From Prasinococcaceae sp. CCMP 1430 (taxonomy: Eukaryota; Plantae; Prasinodermophyta): 64,000 nucleotides of DNA. The translations under genes and the position numbers were made by a program. This document shows, one piece after another, positions 33,601-42,744 of the stretch; the first letter of the stretch is position 1, and each line of letters starts with the position of its first letter. Location: contig RQSC01001236.1 in the NCBI GenBank assembly GCA_013416795.1, positions 85,780 through 149,779 on the forward strand. The letters are read 5' to 3'. A model generated the notes under the pieces. The model saw only the letters and a program-made list of their open reading frames with translations. It was not told the origin of the DNA and did not search any database.

Positions 33601-33667
33601 GTGTGTGTGTGTGTGACACTGTGCGTGTGTGTGTGTGTGTGTGTGCGCACGCGCGTGTGTGTGTGTG
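33601..33667. repeat. Interrupted (GT)n microsatellite in the RPL10 5' intron
   Basis: Several gt runs. Confidence 0.9.
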
Positions 33668-34213
33668 CCTCTCCTCCCTGCCGCGCAGTGGGTCGAGCGG
33701 GATGAGGGGGGTGGGGGTGGGTGGGGGCGTTCGCGTCGCGAGCCGCTTCTACCCCGCGCTCGCGGCCCAACGGCTCGCGCGCCGCGCCCTCGCGCGCGCC
33801 GGCCCCTCGGCCCTGGGATTCCACGTCCGCGAAAAACACGCATGGATTCAACGTACAGTCTTTCGAACAACATACCTTTCATTCCAAATCGAATTCGCAC
33901 GCTATCGCATTGTGATACTGGAATCCCTCGTATCCCCACACGCCCATGGCGGCGGCGGCCACGGAGCCTCCCGATCCCGTGTCTGGCCTTGGCGAGGTAC
34001 TCTCGTTTATGAACACATCACATGTACCAACGGGAGATCTACACACACCGATGCGATGATGGCTCTCATTTTGACCTGCCGATCTGTCCCGCGCGCGCGC
34101 CGCCGCGCGGCGGCGCCGCCGCGGCCCTCCGGCGGCGCCCTTTCGGAGGCTTTTCCCACGAAAACCCGCAAAGGCGGGCGGGCGACGCGTGCATTGCGAC
34201 CTACGCTCCTTGT

Positions 34214-34666
34214 ACAAGATACCGGGGCGCCCGGCTGCGGCCGGGCGGGTGGAGCCCGGAGGTGTGTGCCGGGTGGCCGGGCCGAGCGCGCGGCAACCCT
34301 AGCTCGCTCGCTCGCGAGAGCGCGACTGAACCCGCTGCCTAGCGCGACGAGGGCGGGCCCGGCGGCGGCCGCCGCCGCTGTGGCCAGCCAGCCGGGGGGG
34401 GGGAAACACCACCGGCGAAGAGGATTCGGGTTCGGGTTGGAACCGATGCGCGCGCAGGCGCGTGGACTCTGACCTCGGAGGAGGTGGGGGACTTCAGTTC
34501 GTTTTGACGAGGATCCACACATTTGTGTGTGCATACAGTTGTTCTATGGCCCCGCGGGCCGACGCCGGCCCGCCCACCTCGGGCCTCCACACACCCGGGT
34601 GGCCGGGCCGAGCGCGCGGCAACCCTAGCTCGCTCGCTCGCGAGAGCGCGACTGAACCCGCTGCCT
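34214..34666. repeat. Composite duplication: 55-nt unreversed-complement pair (34214-34268 / 34540-34594) followed by a 72-nt identical direct repeat (34269-34340 / 34595-34666)
   Basis: Base-by-base comparison; both parts share the same 326-bp offset. Confidence 0.95.
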
Positions 34667-34986
34667 CAGCGAACGCACGCCGCGATACCAATCCGAGCTC
34701 AAACGAATGCGCAGCGCCGGCCAGGCCGGGGGGAGAGTCGGGCGAGCCCCGCTGTCGATCCGGAAACTGGGGTGTGCCGTAAAAAAATTATTTACTCTCG
34801 AGGGCGAGGCGCGAATTTCCCTTTGTTTCGGGGCTGCTTGCGAGGGCGGCCTCGCCCGCGCTTGGGGGGAGGGGGCGGCCGCGGGTTGATGCGCGGCTAC
34901 CGGCGCTCCGGCGCGCTGCGCGGCGCCGGCATGAACTCCCGCTGCCCGAGCGGGGTCGGCTCCCCGCTCGGGCGGAAGTTCCCCCC

Positions 34987-36864
34987 TTAGAGGACGTCGA
35001 CGAACTGCGTCGGCTTCTTCGGGTCGATGCGAATGCTCGACGGGAGCTTGCCCTCCTTCTGCATCTTGAGCACGACATCGCGCACCTCCATGTTGACTCG
35101 CACAGCCTTCCGGCAGTTTTGCGTGCGCGTATGGTAGTTCTGCGCCCACAGCAGAAACCTGTAGTCGGCCTGGTAGATGCCCGACACGTGTTGAAGCAGG
35201 TGCCTGACCCACTCCAGGAAGTCGACCTTCTCGGGGCGATCCGGGTCGCGCCACTCGCTGGGGTCGACGACCACCCCGGAGTCGAGCTTAATCTCGTCGA
35301 TGAAGAGGTGAGGGAAGGCGAGCTTGGCCAGGAAGAGCTCCCTCTCGGAGACGGCCCCACTCGCCGCGGGCTGCGGCTGCCTCCAGATGGCGTGGGCGAC
35401 GCCATCTTGCTGACGCGCGCGCGCGCGGGCGCGGCGCCCGCGGTCCTCCACGCCGAGCTCTTCGAGCAGCATGTCCCGCTCGGTGTCGTAGACACCGCGC
35501 TGGTCGTCGAGGAACAGCCGCACGGTGTCATTGCACGCTGCATCGTCGTCGGCGGCGTCGGCGCTGTAGTCGACGGGGCCGGGCGCGCAGCACGTCGCGG
35601 CCGCTGCGCCATCCTCGCGGCTCTCCGGGCCTCCCGGGACGGGCTGCAGCATCTCGTCCGCGACGAACTCACCCGAGCCGTCTTCCGCTCGCTTCCAGAG
35701 CTCGTCGACGTTCTCGGCAGAAACCTCGATGCCATGGTACTTGAAGGCCTTGCAGTCGTTCAGCTCGTCGAGGTATCGGCACAGCACCGGGACTCGCACC
35801 GTGGCGCGCTTCTCGGCTGCCTCGGCCGCCGCGTCGTTGGCCGAGGGGGACCACAGCACGAGCACGTTGATGCCTCGCATCGAGATGCGAGGAATCGCCT
35901 TGAGCAATTGCATGTCATTATGCATGCAGCAGAAATGACCCTTGCCTGCGGGCATGCCCCTGGCCCCGAAGCGGCCGATGGAGCCCATGACGACGAGGGG
36001 CGCCAACAGCACCTGCTCGCCCGCTGTCAGCCGTGGCAGGCGATTCCACCAGGCGTCGCGCAGCTGCGATGGCAGCACGAAGCCGATGCCGTTGTCGGGC
36101 GAAAGCCTGGGCACCTTGCCGGCGCGCACAGCGGCGTTGCACAAGTTGCAGAGGGCCTTGCCCAGGTGCAGCCCCGTGAGCTTAATGTGCGCGCTCGACC
36201 GGCCGCAGCGCGAGCAGTGCGGTGTGCTGGCCGCAAAATCGAAGGCCGGCTGCTGGACGAGGCGCTGGGCGACGAGCAGCGCGTTGAAACGCGCTGCCAT
36301 CTCTCGAAGACACGGCGGCACGTCCTCCGGCTTGGCGTAACGCCCGGCGGAGAGCAGTGAAACAGCTTGGTCGAGCGTGAGCTGCGGCAGTTCGGGGAGC
36401 CTGCCCCGCGCGCCGTCCGCGCGCTGCTTGCCGCGCGTGACCGACCAGCCGGGCTGCTTGCCGTCGTAGAGGTCAACCACGGGATCTCGAACGGCGGGCC
36501 CAACCCACCCCTGCTGCTCCTCGACCCGCGGGTCCTCGCGGAGCGCGGCCCGAGCTTGCTCGAGAAGCGCCCGCGCTTCGGGCGGAGGTGCGTCGCCGAG
36601 TCGCTCGGCCACGACGCGCGCGAGGTGCAGGTAGAACTGCTTGGGAGGTAGAGCTGCTCCGTGCGCGTGCGCGCGCGTCGCGGACGAGGTGCGTGCCTGC
36701 CCGGCGGCCGAGGTGGTCGCTGCCAGGTCGTCGCCCAGCTGGGCGACCGATGACGTGGCTGCCAGGCTGTCGAACTGGCCGCCACGCCCTCGGCTGCCAG
36801 ACTGTTGGCGTGCGGTGGCGGTCACTGCAGCGACGGGCGGGGCGCGCGTGCCCGCGATGCGCAC
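34987..36864 (-). mobile_element. Truncated Helitron2/Helentron-type Rep N-terminal ORF (DUF6570-like plus start of Helitron_like_N)
   Basis: CSRC...CNLC..GKVPRLSPDN..LP.QL..LTAGEQVLLA..GKGH...D....IPR...VRV..L...Y.GIEVS; E..LAKLAFPHLF...RPEKVDFLEWVRHLL....GIYQADYRFLLW..N...R. The HUH Rep motifs and helicase are absent. Confidence 0.7.
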
Positions 36865-37566
36865 GCCGGCGGCGCCGCGGGCGCCGCCGGCGGNAGCTGA
36901 CGGGGATGGGGTTCAATACCCCAGACCCTGACCTTAATTATCAGCCGGGTTTGCTATCGGTGCAATCCCGCTGTCTGACCCGAGTTACTCACTCACGCCC
37001 GGGGCTTTCAACCCGGCTGGGGGTTTCAACCCAGTGTAGTTTCCACTCAGACCTGGGGTAGGTCATCAGGTAAATGACTGTCTAGACTGACCACGGGAGA
37101 CTAGGTGAGGACGATACATTATGTAGCATGCGAGCTACATATCATCACATGCGCGCCGGCGCGCCGCGGCGCGAAGGCGCGCGTGTCGGGGGCGTTTCGA
37201 TGGGGGTCCTCGGCCCAAGGAGCACGCCGCGATCCGGGCGCGGCGGAACGCGCCCCCCATCCGTCCCGGGGTCACCACGGGCGAGTCAGCGCCGGGCCGA
37301 GACGGCGAGCGGAGTACAAACCCTCTCGCTTACCCTGTTAGGCCGCGCGGCGCGCGCGTTCGGGTTGGGACGCCTCGCCCCAGCCGCCGGCCCGCGGCCG
37401 CCCCGGGCCGGCGGTTTGGGGCGGAGGGGGGAGGGGGGGGGGAGGCGGCGGCCGAAAAGGGTATGCGAGAGGGTTCGGTGCACAACACCACCCCCGCGCC
37501 AGCGCGGGGCCCACGGGGCGCCCCAGCGCGCGCTGAGACCGCGTGCACCTCCGCGTGGCCCATTCG

Positions 37567-37622
37567 NNNNNNNNNNNNNNNNNNNNNNNNNNNNNNNNNN
37601 NNNNNNNNNNNNNNNNNNNNNN
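37567..37622. other. Assembly gap (56 N)
   Basis: Run of N. Confidence 1.
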
Positions 37623-37780
37623 CGCGGCGCGGCGCGCGCGCGCCCCCACAGCGGGCGCGGAGGACGCCCCCGTCCCCCTTCCCCTCCCCGCTTCTCGCGG
37701 GGCGAGGGGCGAACGACGCGCGGACGAGGGGGGGAGGGGGGAGGTCGGTCGTCGCGGGACCTCCACCGGGGGCGAGGGCG

Positions 37781-38909
37781 ATGGCGAGCGGGCCCGGCGC
37801 GGACGGCGTCTTCTCCGCCGGCGCGGGCAAGCCCGCCGACGCCGACGACGGCGTCATCTTCATCCTCGAGAACGCGCCGCTCGAGACGGCGAAGGTCGGC
37901 AAGGGCTACGCCATCCTCAACCATGATGACCACAAAAACTTCCTCCGTAAGCACAAGCGAGACCCGACCGAGTACCGGCCGGACATTCTGCACCAGGTGT
38001 GCGCGCGCAAGCGCCCGCGGCGTGCCGGCACGAGCGCGCGCACGTGCCCCTTGGCCCGCGCACGCGCGCCGCCCCGTCCTCGGGCAGCACAATGGTTCGG
38101 CGTCGGCTTTTCAATACGATGACGAGAGTTTCCCGCTGCCGATAGACACTGCGCCCGTGGCCACCCAGCCGCCGTGACGGCGTTGAAGTGGACCCTCACC
38201 TGCGGGACACATCCCAGCTTGCGCGTCGCAACGCATGCGCGCGCTCGGGGCGCATCGCCACAGAGGCAGAGGCGTGAGCGCGCGCTGCGCTACTCACTGC
38301 GAGCACGCAGACGCGACGTGCAGCACAATCGGTGTGCCCCTGAGATGTGCATGCGCTAACTACTGCGGCGCGTGCCGTTCTCGCATTCACTGGCACCGGC
38401 GCGCACAGGCACTACTCGCCATCATGGACTCCCCTCTGAACAAGGCGGGCAAGGTGAAGGCCGTGTACGTGTCGACTCGCTCGAATGTGCTCTTCGAGGT
38501 CAACACGAAGACCAAACTGCCACGCACGTACAAGCGTTTCGCGGGCCTCATGGTCCAGCTGCTGCAGAAGCTGAGCATTCGCGCGACCGATGGGCCGGAC
38601 AAGCTCCTGCGTGTGATCAAGCAGCCGGTGTCGCGGCACCTACCCGCCGGCTGCCGGCTCGTCGGCATGAGTCACAGGGCGGGCGCGGCGCAGTCTATCT
38701 ACAAGCGCGCCCCATCCATCGCTCAGAAGGGCAAGCCACCCTGCGCATTCGTCGTTGGTGCATTTGCGCACGGCGCGCCGGACGCTTCCATATGCGTTGA
38801 CGCCTCCTACGTCGACGAGTGGGTGAGCATCTCCCAGTACTCGCTCAGTGCGGCGTGCGTGCTCGCGCGAATCTGCAACGCCATGGAACTGCAATGGGCC
38901 ATCCTGTAA
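37781..38909 (+). CDS. EMG1: 18S rRNA pseudouridine N1-methyltransferase EMG1/Nep1; intron 37997-38408
   Basis: VIFILENAPLETAKVGK..ILNHDDH..FLRKHKRDP..YRPDILHQ|ALLAIMDSPLNKAG...PRTYKRFAGLMVQLLQKLSIRA...GAFAHG...ISQYSLSAAC. Confidence 0.95.
38083..38212 (+). ncRNA. Candidate intronic H/ACA snoRNA
   Basis: Two hairpins (GGCAGC/GCTGCC with an upper stem; CCAC/GTGG and CGCCG/CGGCG), non-canonical H-like ATAGAC at 38142 and ACA at 38207. Each box lies 15 nt from its upper stem. Pocket AGTTTCCC is complementary to 18S GGGAAACU. Confidence 0.55.
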
Positions 38910-39075
38910 ATATGTCACCCTCCCCTGTACACAAAGTCGGCACGCCACCGTAGGGGTGTGCGTGTGTGCGCACACGGATAGGTGCTGGCGGCTGTTACAC
39001 GACCGACATTGTGCCATTGCCCGGGCCATGGACACGCCGGCGCGGCAAAATGCAGCGCGTGCGAATGCGCTGCTC

Positions 39076-40704
39076 TCACGCGCCTGATGCGTCTTCCGAC
39101 ACGGCTTTCTTGAGCCTGTGGCTTGCCATGATCCAGTCGTCAAGTGCGGCTGCCACCTCGGCTGCGCGCTCGCCGTCGGCGCCGATGGCACCGCGCTTGG
39201 TGAGCGCCATCTTTAGCAGGTACGCTTCGCCCATCAGAGCGCGGAGGGAACTCAGGGCTTGGCCTTGACAACCACCTTTGCCACCGCTGCGGGGAGTCGC
39301 CACTCCGAGCAGCCCGACGGCCTGCATGGGCATGCTTTGCTTGCTCAGGGGCGACGATGCCGCCTCCATCGCGAGCGAGCTCTCGAAGTCGGCGATCATG
39401 GCGCTGTCATATGCTCGCAGCTGCTCCTGAGCCTTTTGCAGCTGACGGCGCAGGTGCGCCACGGCCTTTTCCTCCTTCGCACCGCCTTCGCGAATGTGCG
39501 AGCGCGGGGGTGTCGCGGCGGGGTCTGTATCGCCCATCTCGGCCTCCAACGTCCGCCCGTTTGGCCTCGACGCTCCGAACTCGCCGCCATCGGCGCCAGC
39601 ATTCCAATGAGGCGTCGCTGCCGCGTTGTCATTGGGATCGGCGCCCCCACCAGCCCTGCCGCCGCCGCCCTCGCTTGGGGATTGTCCCGGAAAGGCGCCC
39701 GTACCCTGCGCGCCGCCTGCGTGAGCACTGCCGCCGTACATGAGAGATCCTGGAGCCGGCGAGGACGCGTTCCGTAGCACAGCCTCCGCGGCAGCATGTT
39801 CGAGCATGGCGAGCTGTCCCTCCTTCTCACGCAGCATGATATCCTTGGACGCGAGGCAGGACTGCGCGACAGCAAGCGCCGCCTCGGCCTCGCGCGCCTT
39901 GGCGAGCGCAGCGGTGCCGGCCAACGCGGCTTCGCGCACTTCGGCGAGCTCGCGGTCGCGCTGCGCAAGCGCACCCTGCATGCGAACTGCATATGCTTGC
40001 ACCGAGGCAAGCTCCTCCGCGTAGGCCGCCTGCGCAGACGCAGCCATCGCAATGGTAGCGGCGTCGGCAGCGCCACCAAGGGTGGGAGCAGCGCCATACG
40101 TCGCTCCCATACCGAGGCCCGTTTGTGCATCGTAGGGCGACGGCTGGGGGATCATGCCATCAGCAGGCGTCCCCGCGGTGAATGCTGCGCCCAGGATGCC
40201 ACCCACCGGAGCAACGGCGCTTGGTAGCGGCGGTGACACGCCGTACGGCGTCGGTTGTGCCATCTGCGTAGAGGGAGCTGCATTGGCCGCCTCGCATCTA
40301 AGCTGTTGTTGCTGCTGCTGCAGCAGCATTTGCAGCGCCTGCTGCTGCTGCGGCTGCATTGGCACTGCGTGAGTTTGAGGCGGCGGAGTGGGTGCTGTGA
40401 CCGCCGCTGGTCCCTGAGGTGGCGGAGACTCAGGCGGGAGCTCGTACGCTGGCGCAGGGCGTGCTGGCGCTGAAGCGGGCTCGTCCTCCTCCTCCTCGGC
40501 GTCATCGGCATCGTCTGCGAGCATACCAAGTGCCTTACGCGTTTCGGCGGCCATCGCCGTGTGTTTATCCAGCCTCTTGCGCGGCACTGCTTTGGCGTCG
40601 GCGGCGCTGGCAGCAGCCGCCGGACAAGGAGCCGAGCACACGCGCTGCTGCGCTGCGCTCGGGTAGTTGCGCCCGCGCGCCCAGGTGCGCACCCGGTCGC
40701 CCAT
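39076..40704 (-). CDS. Unknown P/Q/A-rich protein with coiled-coil segments; start uncertain
   Basis: Long open frame with poly-Q and heptad-like ELASVQAYAVRMQGALAQRDRELAE; no family motif recognised. Confidence 0.6.
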   Translation of the reverse strand: MGDRVRTWARGRNYPSAAQQRVCSAPCPAAAASAADAKAVPRKRLDKHTAMAAETRKALGMLADDADDAEEEEDEPASAPARPAPAYELPPESPPPQGPAAVTAPTPPPQTHAVPMQPQQQQALQMLLQQQQQQLRCEAANAAPSTQMAQPTPYGVSPPLPSAVAPVGGILGAAFTAGTPADGMIPQPSPYDAQTGLGMGATYGAAPTLGGAADAATIAMAASAQAAYAEELASVQAYAVRMQGALAQRDRELAEVREAALAGTAALAKAREAEAALAVAQSCLASKDIMLREKEGQLAMLEHAAAEAVLRNASSPAPGSLMYGGSAHAGGAQGTGAFPGQSPSEGGGGRAGGGADPNDNAAATPHWNAGADGGEFGASRPNGRTLEAEMGDTDPAATPPRSHIREGGAKEEKAVAHLRRQLQKAQEQLRAYDSAMIADFESSLAMEAASSPLSKQSMPMQAVGLLGVATPRSGGKGGCQGQALSSLRALMGEAYLLKMALTKRGAIGADGERAAEVAAALDDWIMASHRLKKAVSEDASGA

Positions 40705-41149
40705 CCCCCCGCTCACGCCGCGTGGGGAACGGCGGCCCGGCGTGCATGTACGTGTAAGGGTTCGCTCATCCGACCCTAACTTCGTTCCCCGCGCGCCCAG
40801 CCAGCCCATTCCCCAGGCGTTGCAGCGCGCATTCGAACCCTGATTTTTGGACCTGCTTTGGGACGCGCCCGCCCGCGCGTGGGCGCAAAGTGCGAGATTT
40901 AGATTTAGATTTCGATGAGAAAAACCATGCTCGCGCGACAGAGGGGGGGGGGAAGGGGGGTTGCCTGCGCCGCATGCGACTGCATCGATCGGCGCTGCCG
41001 CGTGCGCGCGGGCGGTGCCGGCTGCTGCGCGCTGGCGAGTGCGGACGCGTGTGTCCGCGGCATGGCGCACATGTGGGGCTTATATGTGGTCGCGTCGCAC
41101 TCGCATCTCGCTGACACCCGCGCGTCGCCGCCGCGGGCCGGCGGGCCCC

Positions 41150-42544
41150 ATGGAATCTGCCGCGCTCTGCCGCGGCAAGTCGCGCTTCTTCTCGCGCGAA
41201 TATCTCGAAAAAACGGACGCACAGTGCAAGGAGTCCATCGAAGCAAAGACTGTCCGCGTCGGCAAGGTCGTCGAGAATGTCGAGGCGGGATTCACCTCAA
41301 CGCAGTGGTTCCACCCGCAGTGTGTGACCAGCCGTGGCCCCGTGGTGGCCGAGGAGATCGATGGCTACGACGAGCTGCCCGCACACGAGCAGGCAGTGCT
41401 TGTTGACGCGATTGCGAACAGGAAGCGCAAGGTCGCAAAGTCTGAGGGCGCCGCCAGTCCCACTTCGCCCAAAAAGAAGATCAAGAAGGCATCGAAGGAT
41501 GCTCCGTCGGGCGACGGCACGCCCGCGTACCCCACGTATGTGCATGGCCTCGACATGGAGGAGGCGTACAAGAAATACAACATCATGCGCGCGCCCGAAC
41601 TCAAGGATGTATTGAGAACCAACAAGCAATTGCTTGGGGGTGTCAAGGCAGAGCTAGTGGCGCGCTGCGTGGACGGCGAGGTATTTGGCGCGCTGCCCAT
41701 TTGTCCTGCGTGTGGAAAGGGCAGACTTCGCGTCAAGTACGTGAAGGTGACTGGGCACAACGGCCAGGGCGAATTCAGCTGCCCGGGATGGTTCGATTCC
41801 GAGATCGGTTCGCGCGTGTCGTGCGGGTTCACCAGCTCCAAGGTTGAGCGCCCCGCGTGGAGGCAGCCCGGCGACCTCGAACCCGACGACGGCGCCGAGG
41901 CTGCCAAGGCTGCCGGCGGAGATTGGACGAAGGCATTCGACGACATCTCGCCGACGGACAAGAAAGGTGCAGCCCAGGCCCTGCTCGCGCGCGCGCGGGA
42001 GCTCAGGCTTAGTGTCAGCAAGGACGAGCACAAAGGGTTGGTTGATTGCGTGCAGCGGCTGGTAGCAACGCGCGACTCCTCTGAGGCGCCCTGGAAGCCT
42101 GCAGAGGCGCTAGTCGCGCTGCAGAAGGAATTCCCGCCGATCGCACCGCTTTCGGTGGACGACCCCGACGACGGCGAGGAAAAGGGCCCCAACGAAGACA
42201 TCGCGCGCATCTTTGATGAGCTCGCCCACTGGATTGGGATCCTCAAGCCTGAAAACTACGGGTTCAAGGTGCGCCTGAGTCTGTGACTCCGCGCTTGCCC
42301 TGATCTTACCCCTGCATTCGCTTGGTGCTGACCCAGCCGGCGTTCTGTACAGCTCGGCGCGTACAAGAAAGTCGCCACCGCCCTGCGGACGAAGTATGCG
42401 ACTGAGCGCGTCGCTAGCGGCAAGGCACTCGCGAAGGAGAAGAACAACGGCATTGGAAAGGCGTCTGGCGAAAAGATCGATGAGTTCTTGTCAACTGGCC
42501 AGGTTGCCGCTCTCGAAACGATGAAGGCGGAGGCTCAGGGGTAG
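41150..42544 (+). CDS. PARP-type zinc finger + PADR1 zinc domain + DNA polymerase-beta-type 8-kDa HhH (dRP-lyase-like) domain; intron 42269-42352
   Basis: C..C.ESIEAKTVRVGK...WFHPQC; ELKDVLRTNKQ..G...LVARCVDG..FGALPICPAC...CPGW...C; NEDIARIFDELA...FK|LGAYKKVA...SG...GIG...EKIDEFLSTG. Confidence 0.8.
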
Positions 42545-42744
42545 AAGGAGCCGGTCCGCCTAAAGATGTCCTCTCAACCCCCGCGCACCCCCCGCCACCA
42601 TCGCCTGCGATGCGGATGTACGGCGCGCTCTGTAAATATGTGAATTGACATACAGTACCTTACTTGATTACACCGCATGAATTTCGTGCGTCTCGCGTCC
42701 ATGTTGCTGCCGACGCGATTGCTCGACGACGAGATACTCAATCC

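Noticed and set aside
33871-33880. ATACCTTTC like the 5' end of plant U2 snRNA
   Set aside because: The sequence diverges immediately; there is no branch-point recognition region or Sm site.
34290-34305. AACCCTAG as a telomerase RNA template
   Set aside because: It is too short, duplicated, and lacks recognisable pseudoknot or promoter support; a telo-box is the simpler explanation.
34081-34539. Possible degenerate extension of the parallel complement upstream of the 55-nt blocks
   Set aside because: Similarity is patchy, off-register and explicable by GC-rich low complexity.
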